Assembly (NCBI GenBank): GCA_011364925.1
Contig: RDOA01000069.1
Span: forward strand, 1-13,310
DNA length: 13,310 nucleotides
Direction of reading: 5' to 3'
Source: Promethearchaeota archaeon
Lineage (GTDB): Archaea; Asgardarchaeota; Lokiarchaeia; Sigyniarchaeales; SOKP01
Part shown: positions 1 to 8,367 of the stretch, in pieces
Layout: every line of letters starts with the position of its first letter
How positions within the stretch are numbered: position 1 is the first letter of the stretch
The notes under the pieces: model-generated
The model's input: only the letters and a program-made list of their open reading frames with translations
What the model was told of the DNA's origin: nothing
Database searches by the model: none
Program-made: the position numbers and the translations under genes

Positions 1-21
1 CAAAATGTATGGGGAAAAGTA

Positions 22-897
22 TTGGTTGAATTTTCTAAAGACTATACTGTGGACGAAATGATAACCGTTTTAATGGCAAGGGAAGTCCGCAATGATGATG
101 TTATGATTGTTGGAGTCGCAACACCCTGCGTGTGGGCTGCGTTCACTTTGGCTAAAATGACGCACGCTCCAAACGCTATATTTCATTACATTATGGGAAA
201 TACTTTTGTTGATGAACCCCGCCAAGTATCATTACTTTATTTAGAAATGAATACAGCAAGAGCATATCGCTTTCAAAACTCTGGCGAATGCACGCTAGAA
301 TCCCTCCCATCAGAAAAACTTACTACAATTGAGTTTTTTAGACCGGCACAAGTAGATCAATACGGGAATACGAACAATGTTTGTATTGGAGACTATTATC
401 AGCCTAAAATTCGATTACCGGGTTGTGCCGGAATAGCGGACTTTAGTATGTTCTACGCCCGGGGATCTTTTTTATATACTCCTCGTCACGATACTCGGAC
501 ATTCGTTCCAACAGAAAAATTAGATTTTATTTCGGGAGTTGGCTTCCCTAATGGCAAGCCTTCAATATGTGGTGGTGCTGGTCCACAATGCGTAATATCA
601 AACTTAGGTTATATGGATTTCGATGAGAAGACTAAAAGAATGAAGTTAGCTTCAATTCATCCCGATGTTGATCTAGATGAAGTAATAAAATCAACTGGGT
701 TTGATTTAATTATTCCCGAGAACATCCAAAAGACAAAACCTCCGAGCGTGAAAGAAATTAACACATTGAGAGAGAAAGTTGATCCTCTAAAAATTAGAAA
801 ATTGGAAATTTTATCAGGCAAAGAAAGAGAAACATTATTGAATGATGTTATCTATAAAGAACTAAAGAAGCCAATGAAATTTCCTAAAAGGTTATAA
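22..897 (+). CDS. Family I CoA-transferase beta-subunit homolog (GctB/AibB/IpdB-like); catalytic Glu apparently absent; true start uncertain
   Basis: Shows the GctB-type N-terminus DYTVDEM..MARE..D.VMIVGVATP, AKMTHAP, AQVDQYGNTN, RLPGCAG, VISNLG..DFD, and LASIHP.V..DEV...TGFDL. The start is TTG at 22, but frame +1 is also open from base 1 (QNVWGKV), so the gene may extend past the window edge. Confidence 0.88.
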   Translation: MVEFSKDYTVDEMITVLMAREVRNDDVMIVGVATPCVWAAFTLAKMTHAPNAIFHYIMGNTFVDEPRQVSLLYLEMNTARAYRFQNSGECTLESLPSEKLTTIEFFRPAQVDQYGNTNNVCIGDYYQPKIRLPGCAGIADFSMFYARGSFLYTPRHDTRTFVPTEKLDFISGVGFPNGKPSICGGAGPQCVISNLGYMDFDEKTKRMKLASIHPDVDLDEVIKSTGFDLIIPENIQKTKPPSVKEINTLREKVDPLKIRKLEILSGKERETLLNDVIYKELKKPMKFPKRL

Positions 898-902
898 TTT
901 AA

Positions 903-1940
903 ATGCTCTCGCTTGATGGGTGGATTAATGGTCTTTCCTCATTGATTATTTTACTCTCGGGCTTGTTATTTGGATTCTTTTTAATATATAAAGCAATAAG
1001 AACCCACGCAAAATTATTAGGTGTAATGGGTATTGCTATGATATTACTTGGATTAGTCTTTTTGGGTTTAACTACCGAATTTTTTGTAGTGCTTTTATCT
1101 GGGATGAATCTAGACAATTCAGGGGGGATTATAGGCATTTTAGGGTATTTTTGGGTTGCCTTTGCTGTAATACCAGCGGTCTATATAGGTTCAGAGTTAA
1201 TTTTTCCGAAAGTTAAATGGTATTTGGTTGTTGTTTTTAGTGTATTAGGTATTTTCTACGAATTAATACTTTTCCTTGATACGGCAAGTTCATTCAATTT
1301 TACATATCCAAATATTCCTGGAGAAGATCTAATTGACGATCCTTTGGTAATAGGATCACCTTTTTTCTTGTTCTTTCTAAGTTATGTAGGCATAAGTATC
1401 ATTTTTGATGGATTAGGGTGTTTAATTAAAGGCTTAAAATCAGAGGGAATCATAAGAAAGAAATTATTTTTTTTATCTTTGGGATTTTTAATATTTCTTT
1501 CAGTTGGTACATTAGACCAACTTCACCTTCCAGGTATCGTATTGCTTTTCGTCAGGATACCCATGATTGTAAGCTTTTGGTTGTGGTATGTGGGATTAAG
1601 GGAGGTATCGATAGAAAAGAAACCAAAACCAAAAAAGGAAGTTAAAGTTGAAGAAGGACTTTTTAGATTAATTCGAAGACCAGATAATATCACTGAAGAA
1701 GAGATTTCCATTTCCAAAGAGAAAAAGATCTGCCTTGTGTGTAAAGGGAAAGCTACAGGAATTACTTTTATTTGTACTGAATGTGAAGCAATTTACTGTG
1801 TGAACTGCTCTCAAGCAATTTCTAACTTGGAAAATAGATGCTGGGTTTGTAATGCTCCTATTGATCCCACGAAACCAGTTAAAGAAATTGTTAACCAGGT
1901 AAAACCTGAACTAGAAATAGATGTAAAAAAAAAGGAATAG
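903..1940 (+). CDS. Seven-transmembrane protein with C-terminal C4C4 RING-like zinc finger
   Basis: About 7 hydrophobic segments in aa ~8-232, then a Lys/Glu-rich linker, then C-x2-C-x10-C-x2-C-x4-C-x2-C-x10-C-x2-C (aa 277-316, nt 1731-1850). Confidence 0.85.
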   Translation: MLSLDGWINGLSSLIILLSGLLFGFFLIYKAIRTHAKLLGVMGIAMILLGLVFLGLTTEFFVVLLSGMNLDNSGGIIGILGYFWVAFAVIPAVYIGSELIFPKVKWYLVVVFSVLGIFYELILFLDTASSFNFTYPNIPGEDLIDDPLVIGSPFFLFFLSYVGISIIFDGLGCLIKGLKSEGIIRKKLFFLSLGFLIFLSVGTLDQLHLPGIVLLFVRIPMIVSFWLWYVGLREVSIEKKPKPKKEVKVEEGLFRLIRRPDNITEEEISISKEKKICLVCKGKATGITFICTECEAIYCVNCSQAISNLENRCWVCNAPIDPTKPVKEIVNQVKPELEIDVKKKE

Positions 1941-1946
1941 AATTCC

Positions 1947-2672
1947 TTACGGATATAATATGTATAATTTGATAATGCGTCCTGTTTTTTCAAACCTTAT
2001 TAGATTTTTTCTAAGTAATTTGTCAATATGATATTTAATGGAATTTCGGGAGAGGTTAGTTATTCGTGATATCTCACTAGAATTAGTTCCTGGATTATTT
2101 TTAATTATGTTTAATATTTCCAATGTAGTTTTTGATTTACTAAATTGATTTTTAAAAACTTTAATTGCATCTTCTGATGTAGTAATAGGAAAATAAATGG
2201 TGTATTGTCCGGATTTTTCTTTTTTAACAATGTTATGTCTTAATAAGGTATCTATGTGCCATTGTAATTGACCTTTTGTCAAATTGCAGCTTCGTAGCAA
2301 TTCATTGTGATGAATCCCAGGATTATTGAGAATTTGCTTTAGTATATTTAAACGATTTTCGTTTTGGAATATATCTGCAAGAGTTAAATAAGATCTGCTT
2401 TCGTTTACATAGCTCCGTCGAATAAAATAGTTATGATATTCCTTTACTGTAAGAGCTGTAAGAGTCAGTACAATTATTATGGTTGGTACTAATAAGATTA
2501 CTAATAACGATCTGAGAAAAATTACATCTGGATCGAAAACATCGTATTTCTGTAATAATATTATTAAGTATAATATAATCGATAAGAAAACGGATGAAAA
2601 AATAAAAAGAATAATTTTAATTGCGAAATTTTTTCTGAATTTTCCAGATTGTGTTATGTAATTCAATTTCAT
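1947..2672 (-). CDS. Membrane-anchored winged helix-turn-helix transcriptional regulator with two wHTH repeats (ArsR/HTH_24-like)
   Basis: Two N-terminal hydrophobic helices, then two similar repeats: ILKQILNNPGIHHNEL..SCNLTKGQLQWHIDTL and ILNIIKNNPGTNSSEISRITNLSRNSIKYHIDKL, each followed by a wing. Confidence 0.85.
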   Translation of the reverse strand: MKLNYITQSGKFRKNFAIKIILFIFSSVFLSIILYLIILLQKYDVFDPDVIFLRSLLVILLVPTIIIVLTLTALTVKEYHNYFIRRSYVNESRSYLTLADIFQNENRLNILKQILNNPGIHHNELLRSCNLTKGQLQWHIDTLLRHNIVKKEKSGQYTIYFPITTSEDAIKVFKNQFSKSKTTLEILNIIKNNPGTNSSEISRITNLSRNSIKYHIDKLLRKNLIRFEKTGRIIKLYILYP

Positions 2673-2677
2673 GGTAA

Positions 2678-3310
2678 TTAATATTGATTATCTGTTATTG
2701 TTTTATGACTTGGGAATTTCAAGAACGGTATAATAAAAGACACCTTATTTTTATACTCTAGGAATCCATCTCCGTATTTAGCTTTTAAGGCGATCTCTTC
2801 GATCTTTCCCAAAATAAGATAAGCTACTACTTCAACAATCCAAATTAGAGTCAAAATGCTATAACGATGTTCGTAAGAAACTGAAACTCTAAATATTGGG
2901 GAAGTCTGAAATGCCACTATCGTCATTCCTAATGTCATAATCATAAAAGCAAGGTATTGAGGATGCCTTGTAAACCTATAGGGGCCTTTCGTCAATAATC
3001 GACCTCTATGAGACAGTTGGTAGACTAAACTATACACATACAATATTAATCCAAATAATACCACATAGAATCCTTCAGTTCTGATTAGAAATTGGATGTC
3101 GTACCAAAGAATTTGGGGGAACTGAAAATAGAGAAGTATATACGCTAATAGTGGAACGCTCATAATCCCAAACCAAATTGCTGTACACGGAACATATTGG
3201 AAAATCGGAATTAATAGAGAAGTTATGGTGGTAAGAATTGAATTTATTTTAAATTTTACTTTGCTACTTTGTTGTTGCATTTTAAGTTTTACACCTTTAG
3301 TTATTTTCAT
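2678..3310 (-). CDS. Isoprenylcysteine carboxyl methyltransferase / PEMT-family integral membrane methyltransferase
   Basis: Has L.TKGPYRFTRHPQYL, the EE..L..KYG..F..Y...V..IIP motif and several TM segments. An alternative ATG lies at 3280. Confidence 0.82.
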   Translation of the reverse strand: MKITKGVKLKMQQQSSKVKFKINSILTTITSLLIPIFQYVPCTAIWFGIMSVPLLAYILLYFQFPQILWYDIQFLIRTEGFYVVLFGLILYVYSLVYQLSHRGRLLTKGPYRFTRHPQYLAFMIMTLGMTIVAFQTSPIFRVSVSYEHRYSILTLIWIVEVVAYLILGKIEEIALKAKYGDGFLEYKNKVSFIIPFLKFPSHKTITDNQY

Positions 3311-3330
3311 TGAAAAAGAAAAAACATAGC

Positions 3331-3344
3331 ATTTAAAGCTTTAA
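3331..3344 (-). promoter_or_regulatory. Candidate BRE/TATA and palindromic site upstream of the methyltransferase-regulator pair
   Basis: The - strand reads TTAAAGCTTTAAAT about 20-35 nt before ATG 3310. TTAAAGCTTTAA (3333-3344) is a perfect 12-bp palindrome. Confidence 0.4.
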
Positions 3345-3402
3345 GGTGCACTTGTCTAACAATAACCAAAATTTATGGATCTAATTCTTATATATAAGAT
3401 AG

Positions 3403-3410
3403 AAAAAAAA
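3403..3410 (-). terminator. Archaeal-type oligo(T) terminator of the esterase gene
   Basis: A8 on the + strand reads T8 on the - strand, 10 nt after the esterase stop codon. Confidence 0.5.
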
Positions 3411-3420
3411 GAAGCTAAAT

Positions 3421-4920
3421 TTAAATAATACCGTTCCAAGCAGCGCGTTCTTCGTCGAGAAATTTCTCAACTACTTTAAATTCTTTGTTTATTAGCATTG
3501 TGGATCTCTTTTCTGTATCGTATGGAGGCCAATTAGGAATCCCGGCGTGATTTGGATTTCCCGTACGGGCGAAAGCAATCCACGAATCCATCATATTATT
3601 ACTGATAAGCTCCAATTCGGGGCTTTTGCTTATAAGTTGTTGAAATTCTGGAGCGTCAAAAGTGTTAAAGACAAAAGGTAATTCCATAGCATGAGAAGCT
3701 CCTAATGCTCCGTTTAATGCCGGAGATGGAAAAGTAAAAACGTAAGTGTAAGTGTTAGGTTGGTACTTACTTTGCGCTTCAAGTAATCGAATCGTAGAAA
3801 TACGAAAAATATAATCTGTCATAAGGGCGTTCATAATTTCTTTAGGGTCGTTTGAAAACTTGCCCTCTCTCGCTTGTTTGTATATTTCGATTATTTCTTT
3901 ACTTTTGGCGTTATCAATACCTAACCTTCCTAAGAATCCCATTAGAAACATATCACCATTAGCAACATTCATCTTACGTATTTCAGGATCAAGCACAGTA
4001 AATAATTTAGTTTCATCCAAGTTGGTACCTATCATAAAGTCAATATTTTTACAATCACCGTTTTGAAACGCCTTTAAAGGATGAGTTGGTAATATTTCAC
4101 CATCGATAAGAGGTCGAAAAGCAAGAAGATTTAAAGCATCTTCTGCCATAAACTCATTCTGTGCATCTATTATTTTTTCGGGAGATATTTTTCTATTTGT
4201 GCTAAAGTCGTTCTTATCAACGCCTAATTTACGCATTACCTTATTTGTAGGTTTTTTAGTAACCTTTGGATCTATTGCTGGAGCGCTTTGGGCTATAATG
4301 CGATGGAAAAGACCTTTAGCAGCGGGTGTAGCAGCTAAGGCAACTACAGAATAACCACCAGCAGATTCACCAAAAATTGTTACACAGTTTGGATCGCCTC
4401 CAAATAAGGCAATATTGTCGTGAACCCATTTAAGCGCTAAGACTTGATCAAGATGTCCAGCATTAACCGTCACACCTGGAATATACGAATACCCTAATAC
4501 GCCTAACCGATAATTAATAGTGACTACGACGACATCTCCTCGTCGGGCTAATGTTGAACCATCGTACATAGGACTAATTCCTCCTCCCATAATAAAAGCA
4601 CCTCCATGAATCCAGAACATTACTGGACGCTCCTTATTATCTGTAGCTGGCGTCCAAATATTAAGATTCAAACAATCTTCACTCTCAGGTTGAAGCTTTC
4701 CCGTATAATCCTCGAGATTCGAATATCCTTGATATGAACATGCACTGTATTCATTAGCTTCAAACACACCTTCCAGCGGTTTTTTCGCAACTGGAGCTGA
4801 AAAGCGTAATTCCTCGATGGGAGGTTCAGCATAAGGTATTCCCTTAAAAATTACTAAATTTTCTTCTTTATACCCTTGTATCTTACCAGACGTGGTATTA
4901 ATTATATCTGATTTATCCAT
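3421..4920 (-). CDS. Type-B carboxylesterase/lipase (para-nitrobenzyl esterase-like, alpha/beta hydrolase)
   Basis: Has FKGIPYAEPP, SEDCLNLNIW, WIHGGAF (oxyanion hole), NYRLG, GESAG (nucleophile Ser), GTNLDE (acid) and ASHAMEL (His). I moved the start from 4992 to the ATG at 4920 (MDKSDII), which matches the family N-terminus. No signal peptide is evident. Confidence 0.93.
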   Translation of the reverse strand: MDKSDIINTTSGKIQGYKEENLVIFKGIPYAEPPIEELRFSAPVAKKPLEGVFEANEYSACSYQGYSNLEDYTGKLQPESEDCLNLNIWTPATDNKERPVMFWIHGGAFIMGGGISPMYDGSTLARRGDVVVVTINYRLGVLGYSYIPGVTVNAGHLDQVLALKWVHDNIALFGGDPNCVTIFGESAGGYSVVALAATPAAKGLFHRIIAQSAPAIDPKVTKKPTNKVMRKLGVDKNDFSTNRKISPEKIIDAQNEFMAEDALNLLAFRPLIDGEILPTHPLKAFQNGDCKNIDFMIGTNLDETKLFTVLDPEIRKMNVANGDMFLMGFLGRLGIDNAKSKEIIEIYKQAREGKFSNDPKEIMNALMTDYIFRISTIRLLEAQSKYQPNTYTYVFTFPSPALNGALGASHAMELPFVFNTFDAPEFQQLISKSPELELISNNMMDSWIAFARTGNPNHAGIPNWPPYDTEKRSTMLINKEFKVVEKFLDEERAAWNGII

Positions 4921-5171
4921 TTTAATCTTTTTATGCAATTTATTATTTGATTTTATTATTATTATAATTCGAGGATTATTAAAGAATATCAAAAAAAAAT
5001 TAAATTCTTCGCTTTAAGATTCGTAAATATTGCTTATTATTGGTATTACCAAAATTCTTTTCATTAGGGCAAGGGTGAATATATTAATAAAGGATTATTC
5101 AAAAATCATTATTAACGCAATATTCGAAAGATTTTTGTTATTTTTCTATTCCTTAAATGTGAAAAATAATT
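4921..5171. promoter_or_regulatory. Divergent promoter region between esterase and larA-aor
   Basis: 251-bp very AT-rich spacer between divergent genes. It contains the palindrome TTGGTA-T-TACCAA (5040-5052). Confidence 0.45.
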
Positions 5172-6410
5172 ATGGTACAAACTTTTAATATACCATGGGC
5201 AGCATGGTATGGGGATAAAGACATACAGCTTGAATTTCCTGATACATGGGATGTGAATGTATTTGAGATGGAAGACACTTCAGAACTCTCTCAAGCAGAT
5301 ATAAAAAAAGCTTTAGATAATCCTATTGGGACGCCTACAATTCTAGAACTAACAAAAGGGAAGAAGAACGCAGTAATTGCCGTTGAAGACATATCAAGAC
5401 CAACTCAAGTTGAAACGGTTTTAGAATTAGTCTTAAACCAATTAAACGTGGCTGGTATCACTGATGACAACATCACATTAATCTTTGCTGTAGGTGCTCA
5501 CCGCCCCATGAATAGACTAGATTTAATTAAGAAAATAGGAGCAAAAAATGCTGACAGAATAAATGTAGAAAATCATCATCCGTACGAGAATCTTGTATAT
5601 ATTGGAGAATCATCTAATCAAACTCCCGTTTTTTTAAACAAATCTTACTACAATGCCGAAATAAAAATTTCGATTAGTTCTGTGGTTCCACATCCTTTAG
5701 CAGGATTTGGAGGTGGTGCCAAAGTAGTTTTACCGGGATTGTGTGGGATTCAAACTCTTGAAGCAAATCATAAGGCAGGAGTTAGAGGGATAGGAATCGG
5801 TTTAGGAATAGTAACAGAACTCAGGAAAGACATCGAAGAGACTTGCAAACTGGCAGGTTTAGATTTCTCTATAAACATTATTCCTACAATGAATAGAAAA
5901 ATTGGTGGGATTTTCGCTGGTGATTTTATCAAAGCACATCGAGCGGCAATGGAATTTGCAAAAAGAGTGTATTCGACAAATTTACAACCTAATTTAAGGC
6001 TTGACATTGGATTCTTTAACTTATATCCGGAAGATACAGAACTTTCTCAAGCTTTAAAAGGATTGAATTTCATTTTAAAATTGAACACGATTATTAAACG
6101 AGAAGGAGCGGTAATTATCATGACAGCAGCTAGTGAAGGTCGAGGATTTCATTCACTATTAGGTGAAACTGGAGCTAAGTTATATAAAAATTGGGGTGAA
6201 GGTGTTATCTTTAAAGCTGTCTTAAAAAATAAAAGGTTCGGCATCTTCTCTCAAAACATTAGTAAATCGGATGTATTCCATTATTATCCCAAAACAACTA
6301 TTTTTAAAACTGATTTCCAAGAATTAGTGAGAGAACTCGAAAGCATCTATGGAAATTCACCTAAAGTGGGTATATTCCCCAGTAGTAATCAATTACCTAA
6401 AGAATCTTAA
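5172..6410 (+). CDS. LarA-family nickel-pincer nucleotide (NPN)-dependent 2-hydroxy-acid racemase/epimerase; substrate probably not lactate
   Basis: Conserved LarA residues: D73/R76 (EDISRP), H110 (GAHRP), H174 and K184 (PHPLAGFGGGAKVVLPG), H200 (ANH), Q293/K296 (LSQALKG). Confidence 0.9.
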   Translation: MVQTFNIPWAAWYGDKDIQLEFPDTWDVNVFEMEDTSELSQADIKKALDNPIGTPTILELTKGKKNAVIAVEDISRPTQVETVLELVLNQLNVAGITDDNITLIFAVGAHRPMNRLDLIKKIGAKNADRINVENHHPYENLVYIGESSNQTPVFLNKSYYNAEIKISISSVVPHPLAGFGGGAKVVLPGLCGIQTLEANHKAGVRGIGIGLGIVTELRKDIEETCKLAGLDFSINIIPTMNRKIGGIFAGDFIKAHRAAMEFAKRVYSTNLQPNLRLDIGFFNLYPEDTELSQALKGLNFILKLNTIIKREGAVIIMTAASEGRGFHSLLGETGAKLYKNWGEGVIFKAVLKNKRFGIFSQNISKSDVFHYYPKTTIFKTDFQELVRELESIYGNSPKVGIFPSSNQLPKES

Positions 6411-6427
6411 TAAGGAAATAATTTAGA

Positions 6428-8290
6428 ATGGCAGAAAACACAATTGGAAAGATTTTAGAAGTAAACTTAAATAAGCAATCATTTCAAGAAAACATTGTTA
6501 ATAAGCAGTTGATTACTCACTTATTAGGAGGACCTGGTTTTGCGATTGATCTCTTAATGAGAGAAAAAGCGTATCAATATAATTCTTTAGATAAGGACAA
6601 TCCGTTAATATTTGTTAACGGGCTTTTAACTGGCACAACCTATCCTTGTTCAGCATTTTATTCAGTGTCGGCCAGATCTCCTTTAACTGACATATACGGT
6701 GAGGGTATTTCTGGAGGTTTCTTTGGCGCTGAATTAAGAAAAAGTCTAACTGGAATCATCTTTAAAGGTATAGCTAACTCTCCAGTTTATTTGGTAATTA
6801 ATGAGGATCATTGTGAACTTAGAGATGCTTCCTCTGTTTGGGGATTACCTACGGATGATACAATTAAGCAGCTCCATTCAAAACTAGGGAAACAATTTAA
6901 GATAGCTTGTATTGGGCCTTCTGGAGAAAAAGGAGTTTTGTTATCTTCAATTATGAACGATCACCACAGAGCTGCGGGAAGAACCGGTATGGGAGCAGTT
7001 ATGGGCTCAAAAAACCTAAAAGCAATCGCAGTAAAAAGTTCTAAAAAAATTGAATACTTTAACGAAGAAAAATTCAAGAGCATTTCTAAAGAATTATTTG
7101 TTTCGTTTCAAAAATCTCCAATGGCTGAAATTCTCCGTAAATTTGGAACTAATAATATCACATATTTTGAACGATTATGGGATGTTCCCCATAAAAATTG
7201 GACATTACATAAATGGCGAGAAGTATCCAACATCTCTGGGGAAGTAGTTTTAGAAAAGTATCACATTAGAAATAAACCATGCCACCTTTGCCCCTTTATG
7301 TGTGGAAGGGAAATAGAAATAAAGGAGGGCCCTTATGAAATTCATAATGCTGCGGGTGCAGAATACGAGACGACTGCTGCGTTTGGTTCTATGTGTTTAA
7401 TATCAGATGTGGAGGCTATAGCATATTTAAACCATCTTTGTAATAGGATGGGAGTTGATACCATTTCTACCGGTTGCACAATTGCTTTTGCGTTAGATTG
7501 CTACGAGCACGGAATAATTACCGAAGATGATGTTGGCTTTCCATTAGAGTGGGGCGATACTAAAGCTATTGTTAGAATAGCAGAACTAATATGCGCTAAG
7601 GAAGGAATAGGCAAAACATTAAGTATGGGCTCAAAAAAAGCTTCAAAAGTGTTTGGTAAAGAATCCGAGGAATTTTTAACCGATGTTAAAGGTCTTGAAG
7701 CACCTATGCACGATCCTAGAGCGATATACCCTCTTGGTCTTCAATATGCAACCTCTAACCGAGGTGCTTGTCATGGACGTGGTTATGGAAATGACCAGTA
7801 TTCTGGTTTTACTGGTTTTAATGATATCCTAAAAATAACTAAAGAAAAACCTATGAGAGAAACTACCGTTGATGACCCCAAATTTGCAAAAGATATCATG
7901 GTAACTCAAAACTTAGCAGAAGTTGTAAACTCTTTAGGAATTTGCAAACAAACAATGACTTCTGGCTCTCAAATTGTTGACAACCTGCTTAACAGAATTA
8001 TTGATGTTATCTATTATTTAACTGGGGTTAAATTTACCCTCAAAGAGTTAATGGAAGTAGGAGATCGAATTTTTACTTTAAAACGATTGTTTAATACTAA
8101 ATGTGGAATTTCTAAAAAAGACGACATCCTTCCACCAAGATTACAATTTCCATTAGAACGAGGACTTACAAAGAACAAAATAGTAAAAATTAAAGATATG
8201 CTTGAAGAGTATTATAGACTAAGAGGTTGGGATGATAATGGGATACCAACCAGAAAAAAATTGACAGAATTGAAAATAGACTATTACTAA
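6428..8290 (+). CDS. aor: Aldehyde:ferredoxin oxidoreductase family (tungstopterin, [4Fe-4S])
   Basis: Has SPLT, IGPSGE, AAGRTGMGAVMGSKNLKAI, CHLCPFMC (Fe-S ligands), EYET, NRMGVDTISTG, HDPR, NRGACH, NSLGIC and YYRLRGWDDNGIP. It lies 17 bp after the larA homolog. Confidence 0.93.
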   Translation: MAENTIGKILEVNLNKQSFQENIVNKQLITHLLGGPGFAIDLLMREKAYQYNSLDKDNPLIFVNGLLTGTTYPCSAFYSVSARSPLTDIYGEGISGGFFGAELRKSLTGIIFKGIANSPVYLVINEDHCELRDASSVWGLPTDDTIKQLHSKLGKQFKIACIGPSGEKGVLLSSIMNDHHRAAGRTGMGAVMGSKNLKAIAVKSSKKIEYFNEEKFKSISKELFVSFQKSPMAEILRKFGTNNITYFERLWDVPHKNWTLHKWREVSNISGEVVLEKYHIRNKPCHLCPFMCGREIEIKEGPYEIHNAAGAEYETTAAFGSMCLISDVEAIAYLNHLCNRMGVDTISTGCTIAFALDCYEHGIITEDDVGFPLEWGDTKAIVRIAELICAKEGIGKTLSMGSKKASKVFGKESEEFLTDVKGLEAPMHDPRAIYPLGLQYATSNRGACHGRGYGNDQYSGFTGFNDILKITKEKPMRETTVDDPKFAKDIMVTQNLAEVVNSLGICKQTMTSGSQIVDNLLNRIIDVIYYLTGVKFTLKELMEVGDRIFTLKRLFNTKCGISKKDDILPPRLQFPLERGLTKNKIVKIKDMLEEYYRLRGWDDNGIPTRKKLTELKIDYY

Positions 8291-8367
8291 GTTTTACTTG
8301 TCTCAAATTCTTAAAGCTTTTTTAATACCTTCATTCTATCACATATTATAACTAAATTTTTGAATAT

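Noticed and set aside
903-1600. Rhodopsin or true GPCR call for the 7TM domain
   Set aside because: I see no retinal-binding Lys in the last helix and no DRY/NPxxY motifs. Only the helix count is supported.
4921-4992. 24-aa N-terminal extension of the esterase in the ORF track
   Set aside because: It has a TTG start in low-complexity AT-rich spacer DNA (I/N/K-rich). Family similarity begins at the ATG at 4920.
7439-7950. Asn replacing Asp in both AOR DxxGL(C/D) pterin motifs (NRMGVD, NSLGIC)
   Set aside because: To my knowledge such variants occur in the family. All Fe-S cysteines and EYET are intact, so this is not evidence of novelty or decay.
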